From Stegostoma tigrinum (Eukaryota): DNA of 64,000 nt. The stretch is from NCBI RefSeq assembly GCF_030684315.1, contig NC_081357.1, positions 22,615,204 through 22,679,203 on the forward strand, written 5' to 3'. Shown piece after piece: positions 35,700 through 47,739 of this stretch. The stretch's first letter is position 1. Each line of letters starts with the position of its first letter. Under the pieces are notes generated by a model. It was not told where the DNA came from. It saw nothing but the letters and a program-made list of their open reading frames with translations, and ran no database searches. Both the position numbers and the translations under genes were made by a program.

Positions 35700-36875
35700 C
35701 ACATTTAATAGCACTGAAGAGCTCTAGAAAAATTGAAGTCAATGGGTATCATGGTTGGAGTCATACCTGTCATGTAGAAAGATGGTTGTGTTTGTTGGAG
35801 ACCAGTCATCTCAGCTCCAGGGCATCTCTGCTGGAGTTCCTCTGAGTAATGTCCGAGGTCCAACCACCTTCAACTGCTTCATCAATGACCTTCCCTCCAT
35901 CTTAAGGTCAAAAGTGGGGATGTTCACTGATCATTACCCAGTGTTCAATTCCACTCCTAACTCAATGACCCAATGCAGCACAACCCGAACAACATTCAGG
36001 CTTGGGCTGGGAAGTGACAAATAAGGAGAGATGGTGATGTCATGGTAATATTATTAGCTTTGTCATCCAGAGGCCCAGGCTAATGCTGTGTGGACATGGG
36101 TTCAAACAGCACCACTGTAACTGGTACAATCCAAATTCAGTTAACAAATCTGCAACTGAAAGCTAGTCTCAGAGGTGGAGATCACAAAATGATCATCAAT
36201 TATTAAAAAGTCATGCAGTTCACTACTGTCCTTCCGGGAAGGAAATCTGCCACCCTTACTTGGTCTATATGTATCTCTACAGGTTAACGTGGTTGACTCT
36301 TAACTGTCCTATTATATGGCCGAGGAGGTCATTCAGTTCAGGGGCAATAAAAAATGGGCAACAAATTCTGACCCTACTAGCAGTGCCCACATAAAATGGA
36401 TAAGAAGAAAAAAATAAGCAAAATAATTCACACACCACACAAATGCCAAGGAATTAGTATCTTGAATAAAGGAAAATCAGACAACCTACCCTTGACATTC
36501 TATGTTGGTAACCTTACCATTGATGATCTTAAGACCATCTTTGACCAGAAACATGACTGGACCAGCTATTTCAATAGCTTGGCCACATGAACAAATTGGA
36601 AGCTACATATTTTGCTGTGAGTTATTCGCCTCCTGCATCCTCAAAGCCTGACCACAATCCAGAAGACGCTTGGGAAACATGATGGAATATTTCCCAGTTG
36701 CCTCGATGAGTGTGGCACCAACAACATTCAAAAGGCTTGACACCATCTAGGACGAAGCAGCCCTATCCCTTATTTTCAACAATCGCGCCATCTACCAGCA
36801 GTGTACTGTAGCTGCTGTATACATTATCTACAAGATGCACTGCAGCAACACAATGAAACTTCTTCGTAGCATCTC
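35700..36875 (+). mobile_element. LINE family 2 RT fragment with a SINE B inserted at 36025-36414
   Basis: ORF track ESYLSCRKMVVFVGDQSS...SAGVPLSNVRGPTTFNCFINDLPSILRSKVGMFTDH (RT motifs). Resumes after the SINE with ccacacaaatgcc. Confidence 0.8.
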
Positions 36876-37817
36876 TACTGTTTCACTCATGTTTGGAAGT
36901 GCAAGAGGATGCAGCTGTGGCCCCCATTTTAGTTGCAGAGTAAAAGCTTACTCATGAAACACTGGCAAATTTGTGCTGATTATATAACCAATCGACTGTT
37001 CTACTCTCAAGGACAATACTTAATCCAGCTTTCAGCTTCATCAGTTCTAAAGCCTTGCAGTATCATATTTCAAATCTTATTGAAGAACTCTGAGCTCCCC
37101 TCCCAACCTCTGGTGGAATCAATTTTTTTTAATACGCCCAACATAGCCCAATAAAGTGTTCACATCGAGGATTCTGTAACAGCAAAATCATTTTCCAAAG
37201 ACATTGAAGTAGTGAGTGCCCTTCATAAATAATTGCTCAATTTAATCTTATTAGAAATTCTCCCTCCACTGGCAGTATTCAAATCTAACTACTAAAATTA
37301 GCTAATTGCATTTGCTCCTCTTGAAGCAGGACAATAAATTAAAAAAGAAAGACTGGGCAGGAGGATAAGAATTAAGCCAATAAACTGAAATAACTTGTTT
37401 ACAAAATTGCAGCAAAGAAGCACTGATGGGTAGCTAAAGCCTGGCAGTGCTTTACACTGATGAATTTACTGGTGATATTTAATTGAATGTCCTTGCTGAT
37501 GACTTCAAGTTGACAGTAAATGATGTGCTTATCATATATTCTACCAAAAGAGCCTGAGAAACAAGACATTCATTTGGAAAGCACACCGCATGTGGCTGCA
37601 GGATGCACACTCACAGTCACAAGTGTAGTTCTATCATTCACCTTGATTCATGAGATTTTTATGAGGAGGGTAAGTTTCAGACTGTCAGGTCTTAAGATCT
37701 TATAGATGTGGTAATTCATTTTGTTTATCAACTATGTCACAGCCTTCCAGTTTCCAATGGCACTGAGCTAAGGCATCCTATCGGGACATCACTAATGATC
37801 AAACCAATATTGAAGTT

Positions 37818-40800
37818 TACAGAATCTTGACAGGGCTGAAAAAGGCCATTTGGCCCATCATGTCTGTGCCTACCCTCCAAAGAGCATCCTGCCCAAACCC
37901 AGCACCCTACTTATTCCCATAGCCCCCATTTTACCTGGCTAATCCGTCCAGCCTGCGTATCCCTGGATACAATGGGCAATTTAGCATGGCCAATCCACAT
38001 AACCTGTGTGTCTTTGGATTGTAATAAAGACCATAAGACATAGGAACAAAAACTAGGACATTCAGCCCATCGAGTCTGCTCCACTATTCAATCATGGCTG
38101 ATAAGTATCCAAAATCCATTCTCCCACTTTTTCCCCATAACCCTTGATCCCCTTGATAATCAAGAACCTGTCTATCTCAGTCTTAAATGTACTCAATGAC
38201 CTGGCCTCCACAGCCTTCTGTGGCAGTGAACTCCAGAGACTCACCACTCTCAAGCTTTAGAAGTTTCCCCTTATCTCCATTCTAAAAGGTCTTCCCTTTA
38301 CTCTAAGGCTGTGCCCTCGGGTCCTAGTCTCTCCTACCAATAGAAGCATCTTCCCAACATCTACTCTGTACAGGCCATTCAGTATTCTGTAAGTTTCAAT
38401 TAGATTTCCCTCTCATGCTTCTAAACTCCAATGAGTATAGTCCCAGAGTCTTCAAACATTCCTCAAGTGTTAAGCTTTCCATTCCTGGGATCATTCTCGT
38501 GAACCTCCTCTGAACCCGCTTCAGGGCCAGTGCATCTTTGCTGAGATATCGGGCCCAGAACTGCACACAATGTTCCAAATGAGGCCTGATTGGAGCTTTA
38601 TAAAGCCTCAGTAGTACATTCCTGCTTTTATATTCAAGTCCTCTCAAAATAAATGCCAACATTGCATTTGCCTTCCTGACTACTGACTCAACCTAGAACT
38701 AGAACTCCCAAGTCTCTTTGCACTTGAGACTTCTGAATTTCTCCCCATTTAGAAAAGATTTTATTCTTCTTACCAAAGTGCATGGCATCACACTTTCATA
38801 CTTTGTACTCTATCTGCCACTTTTTACCCATTCTCCTAACCAAATCCTTCTGCAGCCTCCCTGCATCCTCAATACTACCTGTCCTTCCACCTATCTTTGT
38901 ACCATCTGCAAACTTAGCCAGAATGCCCTCAGTTCCTTCATCTAGATCATTAATGTATAAAGTGAAAAGTTGTGGTCCCAACACTGACACTAGTGAAACA
39001 TTACTTGTCACCGGCTGCCGTCCTGAGAAAGACCCTTTTAACCCCACTCTCTGCTTTCTGCCAGACAGCCAATCTTCTATCCATGCTAACACCTTGCCTC
39101 TAACACCATGGGCCCCTATCTTACTCAGCAGCCTCCTGTGTCGCCCCTTGTCAAATGTCTTCTTGAAGTCCAGGTAGATAACATCCATTGGCTCTCCTTG
39201 ATCAAACATGATCATTACTTCCTCAAAGAATTCTAACAGATTTGTCCAGCATGACCGCTCCTTCATGAAGCCATGCTGAGTTTGCCCTATTTTATCATGC
39301 ACTTCCAAATATTCAGAAATCTCATCCTTCATAATGCACTCTAAAACCATATCCTTGAACAAGGTTAGGCTGAGGTAATTTTCAGTCTTTTGCCTTACTT
39401 CCTTTTTAAACTGGGGTGTCACATTAGCCATTTTCCAGTCCTCTGGGACCCTTCCCAACACTAATGATTTCCAGAAGGATCACCGCTAATATCTCCACTA
39501 TCTCTTCCGCTATTTCCTTAAGAACTCTGGAGTGTAGTCCATTGGGTCCAGGTTATTTATTCACCTGAAAGCCATACAGTTTTTCTAGCACCTTCTCCTT
39601 GATGATAGCCACCATACTCAGCCCTGCCCCCAACTGTCACAAATTTTTGGGATTTTACTTGTGTCTTCCACTGTGAAGACTACCACAAAGTAGCAATTCA
39701 GTTCCTCAGCAATTTTCTTGTTCCCCACTACTATCTCTCCAGCAATGTTTTCAAATGGTTCAATGTCCATTTTTGCTTCTCTTTTGCCCTTTATAAGTTT
39801 AAAGAAACTCTTACAACCCTCCTTTATATTACTGGTTAGCTTAGCCTCATATTTAATCTTCTCCCTCCTTATTTCTTTTTTTGTTGCCCTCTGTCAGCCT
39901 TTGTAAGCTTCCCAGTCCTCTGGCTTCCCACTGCCCTTCGCCACATTATATGCTTTTTCTTTTGCTTTCATGATATCCCTGACTTCCTTAGTCAGCCATG
40001 GTTGCCTCATCCTCCCTGTACCATGCTTCTTTTTCCTAGGGATGAATTTTTGCTGCGTCTCCTGAATTACTTCCAGAAACTCCTGCCATTGCTGTTCCAC
40101 TGTCTTTCCGGCTAGGCTCCTCTTCCAGTCAATTCTGCCCAGCTCCTCCCTCATACCTCTGTAGTCGCCTTAATTTGGCTGTGATATCATTACCTCTGTT
40201 TCTACCTTCTCCCTCTGAAATTGCAGGGTAAATTCAATCATGTTATGATCCCTGCCTCCTAAGGGCTCCTTCACCTTAATCTCCCTTATCAGGTCTACCT
40301 CATTGCACAACACTAAATCCAGTATTGCCTGTTCCCTATTGGGAACAAACTACTCCAAAAAGACATCTTGTATACATTCCACAAGTTTCTTTTCTTGCAA
40401 CTCACTACCCACCTGGTTTTCCCAGCCCAGCTGCATATTGAAATCCCCACGATCACTGTGAATTTGCCTTTCTTACACACCTTTGCTAATCTCCTTGTGT
40501 ATCTTGCGCCCCAGTTCCTGATTCTTTTTACCTCTGCAGTTCCTCAACTCGACACAAACCGATTCTACATCATCTAACCCGACTTGATTACCATTGATTT
40601 AATTTCATTTCTTACTAGTAAGGCAACTCCAATCCCACTGCCCACCTGCTCATCTTTTCAATAAGATGTATATCCTTGGATATTCAGGTCCCAATCCTGA
40701 TTCCCGTGCAGCCACGTCTCCATGATGCCCACCATGTCATATCTGCCAATTTCAATCTGTGCCACAAGCTCATTGACCTTCTTTCTTATACTGTGTGCAT

Positions 40801-41088
40801 TCAGATGTAACACCTTCAGTCCTGTATTAACCATCCCTCTTCTCATTGTCACTCATTTATCCAGTGTGCTTGAAGTTTGATTCCTAACCCTTTCCAAATA
40901 CTCTGTCCTATTTGTGTCTGTGAGACATAATGACCTCAGGAGGAAACCAGAGCAACCTGGAGTGAACCTGCAAAGACATAAAGGGCTATGTGCAAACTCC
41001 ATCCAGACAGTCACCTGGGGGTGCACTTAAACCCAGGTCCATGGTGCTGTGAGGCAGTAGTGCTGACTACTGAGCCAGTGAGCCACCC
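37818..41088 (-). mobile_element. HE1 SINE split in two (37818-38022 and 40938-41088) by a CR1 LINE
   Basis: ...gtctttggattgt | aggaggaaaccagagc... rejoins the HE1 consensus (compare 1780-1806). Confidence 0.85.
38027..40930 (-). mobile_element. CR1 LINE (HER1-like) ORF2, 5'-truncated and decayed
   Basis: APE LHLNAHSIRKKVNEL...GIMETWL; RT QHGFMKERSCWTNLLEFFEEV, DVIYLDFKKTFDK, VLGPQLFTLYINDLD...KFADGTK; tail (cttatggt). Confidence 0.95.
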
Positions 41089-41311
41089 AGGCATTTTTGG
41101 GTGGAGAAAATGAGGTGTGATAATCCTTATATCAGAAATGTCAGCTAATTGTGACAGAAGATGAGATACTAGCCAGGAAACCTGGAAGGAGATCATCCAG
41201 TGTTTCAGGGCAATGTCCATTGTGCAATGATCCCAGTTGATGGCAATACTCAACAGGCCAGATCCCACAATGTAACGTGGCTTAATAAATGATATTATAT
41301 ATTATATATTT

Positions 41312-41508
41312 AAGCAAAAATAATCAAAGAACTGCAAATGCTGGAAAATAGAAACAGAAACAGAACTAGCTAGAAAGACTGAGCAAGTCTGGCAGCATCT
41401 TTGGACAGAAAGCAGTGCGAAAATTTCAGATCCAGTGACCCTTCTTCAGAAGTATTCAGATGCTGCCAGACCTGCTGAGCTTTTCCAGAAATTTATGTTT
41501 TTGTTTTG
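41312..41508 (-). mobile_element. Fold-back pseudo-LTR mini-element (family B), reverse orientation
   Basis: Tail aagaactgcaaatgctgga on the left; arms gtctggcagcatct and agatgctgccagac; minus-strand CTGAAGAagggtcactggatctGAAA. Confidence 0.75.
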
Positions 41509-42449
41509 TATCTAATTATGCAGTCGCTAATAAGATGATCAGTCACTGGAACATATTCACATAAGGCTGCAGATTTTAAAATTTATTGAAAAGAAAATGT
41601 ATGTGCATGTATGTACATGGAGGATAATTCTTAACAGAAGCGTCAAAGCAAAATTTCAACCTGTTCCCCAACAGAATCAGTTGCAGAGTTTCAATCCCAG
41701 AGAAACATGACACCTTTCTCAATTTCTAAAATATTTCCTGAACTAGTTTCCCTAAGTTTCAGTTTCTAGGAATGTGGAAGCAATTTTACAATTCCTTTCG
41801 GACATGGATGGGCATGAACCTCTCACAGTTCTGACGGCCTAAATATTCAGTTCTAACAACATGAAGATTTCTATCCAAACTCTCCTGGCTTAGAATGTTC
41901 ATGGACTAGAAACCACTTTTTTTGAGGTAGCTGGCTGCTCTGAACAGATCAAAACAATTTGGTTCTCCTCATAGAATCAATAATTGTTCTCTTCTGAAAT
42001 TAACTCTGAGTTCTTCTGAATAGAAATATTATGAAGTTCAATCCAAACTAATTGCCTCAGCGCATCAAATACTCAATAAGTTAAACAGTTTATCTATTAA
42101 TCCATTTCAGATACTCTGGTACACAAGTGAATGTAGACTCATGCATTCTCAAAAATGATACATTTATGTTACTGTTAAAATGGCTTTCTGAAAACAAAGA
42201 TTCTTCACAGAACAAACCAAACCACATGTGTCTCTTTTTTATTCAAATCCGAATTCCAAAAATGATAATAATGTTATACAGGTTTATCACAAGCGCTAGA
42301 AAGGATTGGAAGGAGAGGGAAAACAGAATTAATATTTACTGACCACTAAAAGGAAGAACAATGTGGGAGACTCACAGAGCCAATTTATCTTGTGTCAAAT
42401 TCTGGCATCAAAATTGACAGCTTACAGGTGGCAAATACAATCACTCCAT

Positions 42450-43120
42450 AGAAGAACAAAGACGCAAGAACAATGCAGCACGGGTACAGGCCTTTCGGCC
42501 CTCCAAGCCTGCACTGACACATTTTGTCCTTCCATACTAAAACTGCCTTCACTTACAGGATCCATATCTCTCTACTCCCTTCCTGTTTGTGTGTTCGTCC
42601 AGGTACTTCCTGAATGCCGCTATTGTGTCTGCTTCAACCAGCTCCCCTGGCAGCGCATTCCAGGCACACCCCACTCTTTGTGTGAAAAACATGCCTCGTA
42701 CATTTCTTTTATTTCCCGCCCCCACTCTTAGCACCTTGAACGTGTGCCCCCAAATAATTGACACCTCCACCCTGGGAAAAAGTCTCACACTGTCCACTCT
42801 ATCCATGCCATTTACAATCTTATGAACTTCTGTGAGATCATCCCTCACCCCCCGCTGCATTCCAGAGAAAATAAACCCATTGTATCCAAACTTCCTTCAT
42901 AGCTAAATTCCCCCTTACTAGGCAACATCCTGGTAAACCTTTTCTGTACCCTCTCCAAAGCATCCATATCTTTCTGATAGTCACAGAATCTTAGTGTAAT
43001 ACAGCTGGCCTTTCAGCCCAAACTAGTTCATGTTGACCATGGTGCCCACTCAGCTAGCTCTAATTGCCTGCATTTGGTCCAAATCCATCTTACCCCTTTC
43101 CAACCATATGCTTACCCAAA
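42450..43120 (-). mobile_element. Two adjacent CR1 3' fragments
   Basis: ORF track DLTEVHKIVNGMDRVD...FFTQRVGCAWNALPGELVEA. A second tail starts at ~42980. Confidence 0.85.
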
Positions 43121-43139
43121 TGTTTTTTTTTAAATGATA

Positions 43140-43447
43140 GAGAAGGGAATTCCCTCTGGTTATTGATCATTAGGATGGGATGCTGTTGGAATGAATGGGA
43201 TTGTACTTTTACTGTGTTTCAAAATCGTTAAATGTGTCTAATACTTAAATAGTTAATCTAGTTATCTTCATTTATTTAGTGTAAAAATTCTGTATTATTG
43301 TTAAAACTAAATCTACAGGCAACGTTCTATACCTGTGTTTCAGTGAATGATTCCATCATTCAAACAACATTAAGAAATACAGTCTACCAAGCCAGGTTTT
43401 AGACTGGGATGTGACTTGCCCAGGAACAATATCAGCTGGAATCATAA
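43140..43447 (+). mobile_element. LTR 3' fragment
   Basis: Similar to 16680-16815 (aaatct...gaatga...ctgggat.tga) and ends ctggaatcataa. Confidence 0.4.
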
Positions 43448-43449
43448 TG

Positions 43450-44228
43450 ATAACTCACCCCGACTCCCCAAAGCCTGTCCATCATCTAGAAGGCACAAGT
43501 CAAGTGGGCAATGGATTACTCCCCACTTGCCTGTACGAGTGAAGCTCCAACAACGTTCGAGAAACTTGACGCCATCCAGGACAAGATAACAAAGTGTGGG
43601 GCTGGATGAACACAGCAGGCCAAGCAGCATCTCAGGAGCACAAAAGCTGATGTTTTGGGCCTAGACCCTTCATCAGAGAGCTCTCTAATGAAGGATCTTG
43701 GCCCGAAATGTCAGCTTTTGTGCTCCTGAGATGCTGCTTGGCCTGCTGTGTTCATCCAGCCCCACACTTTGTTATCTTAGATTCTCCAGCATCTGCAGTT
43801 CCCATTACCCCCACCATCCAGGACAAAGCAGCCCACTTGATTGGCATCACATCCACGACCATTCAGTCTCTCCACCATCAAGTGCAGTGCATACCATGTC
43901 GCACATGTACTGCAGAAGCTCACCAAGGTTCCTTTGGCAACACCTTTCAAACCCAAGTCCACTATTATCTAGAAGGTCAAGACCAGTAGATACATGGAAC
44001 ACCGTCACCTGCAACTTCCCCTCCAAGCCACTCACCATCCTGCCTTGGAAATATATCCTTCACTGTCGCTGGGTCAAAAATGTGGAACTCCCTCCCTCAT
44101 GGTAGCCAACTGCAGCAAAAGGACTGCTGTGGTTCAAGAGGGCAACTCACCACCACCTTCTCAAGGCCAACCAGGGAAAGGCCAATAAAAACTGGCCCAA
44201 CAAATGAAGTCTGTGTCCCATAAATGAG
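43450..44228 (+). mobile_element. LINE family 2 3' end hosting a palindromic insert
   Basis: aaggcacaagtcaag...ccatccaggacaaagcagcccacttgattgg...ctcaccaccaccttctcaagg...aataaa. Confidence 0.85.
43585..43811 (+). mobile_element. Palindromic Penelope pseudo-LTR mini-element (family A)
   Basis: 98-bp arms (43583-43680 / 43681-43778) with no spacer, plus a 33-nt tail. TSD ccatccaggacaa at 43572-43584 and 43814-43826. Confidence 0.9.
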
Positions 44229-44320
44229 CTTTTCTTCCAAACAGTTGTATAAATGAACAATTAGTTTCTCACTCAATTTAAGGCTTTTTTACATTTAGTG
44301 CTGCCTTAATAAACACACAT

Positions 44321-44506
44321 TAAAAGGTAAAGTTGCCATAGCGTTGATCTCTCATTCGTGAGAAAGATGACTGACTGTCCAAAGGTCACTAAACCTTAGG
44401 TGAGGGGCAAGGGGCTTCATGGTAATTCCAGCTGGTATGGGAATTGAACCCATGATGTTGGCATCTCTCTGCATTGCAAACCAACCATTCAGCCAACTGA
44501 GCTAAC
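44321..44506 (-). mobile_element. SINE family D
   Basis: Reverse strand gttagctcagttggctga...gggttcaattccc (A and B boxes). Confidence 0.7.
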
Positions 44507-44724
44507 GCGTGCCCAAAAAACATCCATCACCATTCGTCCACTTATGTTGACTTCTAAACTATGCATTAGTTGGAACGAAAGATTGAAAGGTCCTTAATTT
44601 GAAAAATTTACATGTGTTTCTCTCCTCAACAGATTCTGCCTAACTTGGTTAATGTCTCTACCATTCTTTATTTATATTTTGGATTTCCAATTTCAAATCA
44701 GAAATCCATATTTCAGATTTAAAG

Positions 44725-45918
44725 AACTAGCCATTTGGATACAGAACTGTCCAAAGGAAGGAGACACAGGGCGGTGGTGTAGGGTGGCTTTTCAGTCTAT
44801 AGGCCTGTGATCTGCAGTGTGTCCCAAGGATTGGTGCTGGGTCCACCGTTTTCCATCATTTATATAAATGATTTGGAGTGAACATAGGCGGTATGGTTAG
44901 TAAGTTTGCAGATGACACCAAAATTGGTAGCATTGTGGACAGCAAAGAAGGTTACCTCAGGGTACAACAGGATCTTGATGAGATAAGCCAGTGGGCTAAG
45001 AGTGGCAGATGGAAGTTTAATTTAAATAAAGATGAGCGCTGCATTTTGAAACGACAAACCAGAGCTAGACTTATACACTTAATGATAAGGTCGTGGGGAG
45101 TGTTGCTGAACACAGAGACCTTGGAGCACAGATTCATAATTCCTTGAAATTAGAGTCACAGGTCAACAGGGTACCGAAGAAGGGATCTGGTAAACTTGCT
45201 TTTATTTGTCAGGCTATTGAGTATAGGAGTTGGGAGGTCTGCGGCTATGCAGGACAATGGTTAGGCCACTATTTGAGTACAGCATTAAATTCTGGTCTCC
45301 CTGCTAGAGGAAAGATGTTATGAAACTTGAAAGCACTCAGAAAAGATTTACAAGGATGTGGCCAGGGTTGGAGGGTTTGAGCTATAGAGAGAGGCTGAAT
45401 AGACTGGGGATGTTTTCTCTGGATCGTCAGACGCTGAGGGGTGACCTTATAGAAGTTTATTAAATCATGGCGGGGGGGGCATAGATAAGTTGAATAGCCA
45501 AGATCATTTCCCCAGGATAGCAGAATCCAAAACTAGAAAGCACAGGTTTAAGGAGAGAGGGAAGAAATTTAAAAGGGACCTAAGGGGCAACTTTTTCACA
45601 CAGAGGGTGATGCGTGTATGGAATGAGCTGCCAGGGGAAGTAGTGGAGGCTGGTGCAATTACAACATCTGAAAGGCATCTGGATGGGTATTTGAATAGGA
45701 AGTGTTTAGAGGGATATGGGCCAAATGCTGGCAAATAGGACTAGATTAATTTCAGATATCTGGTCAAGGTCAGAAATCACACGACACCAGGTTATAGTCC
45801 AACAGGTTTATTTGAAAACACAAACTTTTGGAGGCTCACTTCTTTAGGTCATGGATATGTGATCAGCACGGATGAGTCGGACCAAAGGGCCTGTTTCCAT
45901 GCTGTACAGCTCTATGAG
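44725..45918 (+). mobile_element. CR1 LINE RT/3' half
   Basis: ORF track IGGMVSKFADDTKIG and RGNFFTQRVMRVWNELPGEVVEAG. Tail ggaccaaagggcctgtttcc; pseudo-LTR C inserted at 45765-45850. Confidence 0.9.
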
Positions 45919-46249
45919 TATCTGTGAACATTTATGTTTACCATCTGCTATGGTCATTTTTAAAGATGCTGCATTGAAAAATTCTTTTTATCGTGTATCT
46001 GAAGTGTTACATGCCCTAATTTGTCAATATTTCAGACTGATACTGCTCCCAGCAACCTTTTCATTTCAAAATAGAATTGCTAACTTTAATCAGGCTTACT
46101 TATTTAGTAGTCAGCTGGCTTGGTACTGTTGCGCTTTTAAAATTCTGGATTATTGGGAGACAGCATCAAAGACACAGTGAATGAGCATGAACAAGTATCC
46201 GTCTATCTAGCATAGTCAACATGGGCTGGAGAAGAGTACATCTTTTAGG

Positions 46250-46935
46250 AGCCATAGAGTTGTTTGGCACAGAAACAGATCCTTTGGTCCAACTCATCCG
46301 AGCTGACCAGACATCCCAAACTGACCTAGCCCCATTTGCCTGAATTTGGCCCATATCCATCTGAACCTTTCCGATTCACATACCCACCCAGATGCCTCTT
46401 AATTGTTGTAATTGTACCAGCCACCACCACTTCCTCTGGCAGTTCATTCCACACACACACCATCCTCTGCTTGAAAATGTTACCACTTCAGGTCCGTTTC
46501 AAACCCTTACAGTCTCAGTAACATCCTTGTAAATCTTTTTTCTTGCACCCTTTCTGGTTTAATAGCATCTTTCCTGCAGCTGGAGGACCAGAATCCTGGA
46601 AACTGCATCTGCAGTTCTTTCAGTTTTTACATTTTTTCATCTGCTGGAGAAGTCGTACAACAGGATAATATCTTAAAATTTGACGTATTCAGCAGTAAAG
46701 TCAGGAAAACCTTTTCACAGGATGGGCAGAGGAACTCAGGAATGTCTCCTGTTAAATTTTGTCGAAGCTGACATAATTAACATTTTCAAGAAAGCAGTGA
46801 ACAGATATTAGTTTGGTAAAGTTACCTCAATGCATGAAGGTGTATAAATTGAGTTCTGGTAAAAGTCAGGGATGATTTAATTGAATGCCAGAACACATTT
46901 GAGGGGCTGACTGGCTCCCATTTCTATGTTTCCAC
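46250..46935. mobile_element. Two CR1 3' fragments (- at 46250-46600, + at 46640-46935)
   Basis: cctttggtccaactc...cttcctctggcagttcattcc, and gaggggctga...tttctatgtttc. Confidence 0.7.
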
Positions 46936-47149
46936 ATCAGCACCTATAAAGATGACAACACATTGGACAACTGAGGAAGTGTAGCTTTCCCAAAGCAGTT
47001 GTTTTATGAATGAGAATTTCTACTGTAGCCTCACCTGTCTGCATTAGTGGACATGAACATTAAGAGACATAAACATCTGAATAAATGCAGAAGGGTTTTC
47101 CTAGTGTCCCCATTAACTCTCAACCAGCATCACCAAAATGAATTATCAA

Positions 47150-47735
47150 TAAGACCACAAGAAATAGGAAGAGGAGTAAACCATGTGGCCCCTTGAACCT
47201 GCTTCACTTTTCAATAGCATCATGGCTGATCCAACATTCTTCACATCCACTTTCCTGCTCTTCCACCATAACCTGTGTTTTCCCGACTAATTCAAAATCT
47301 ATTTATCTCAGCCTTAAATATACACAAAGAAATCTGCCCTCACAGCTCTCTGTGTCGAGTAGTTCCAAAGACTCTCAACCTTTAGAGAAGAAATTCCTCC
47401 TCATTTCATTCATAAGTTGGTGCCCCTTAACTCTGAAGCTATCCGTTCTGGTCTTAGGTTCTCCCATGAGAGAAAACGGCCTTTCAGAACTTATCATGTC
47501 CATCCCCTTGAGAATCCGATATGTTTCAAAGAGGTCACCTCTTATTCTTCTAAATGCCAGTAAATTGCCCCCAACCTGTTTCATTTTTGCTCATAACACA
47601 ATCCCACCATCCTGGGAATCATCTTGATGAACCTTCTCTGAGCTGCCTCCAATGAAATAATGTCTCTCCTTAAATGAAGGGACCAAAACTGTTCACAGTA
47701 CTCCAGATGTGGTCTCACCAGCACCTTGTACATGC
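47150..47735 (-). mobile_element. CR1 LINE 3' fragment
   Basis: ORF track RRIRGDLFETYRILKGMD...EMRRNFFS. Confidence 0.85.
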
Positions 47736-47739
47736 TTAT

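Noticed and set aside
38782-39177. Plus-strand ORFs over CR1 (also 54935-55288 and 42589-42825)
   Set aside because: They are antisense shadows of the RT reading frame.
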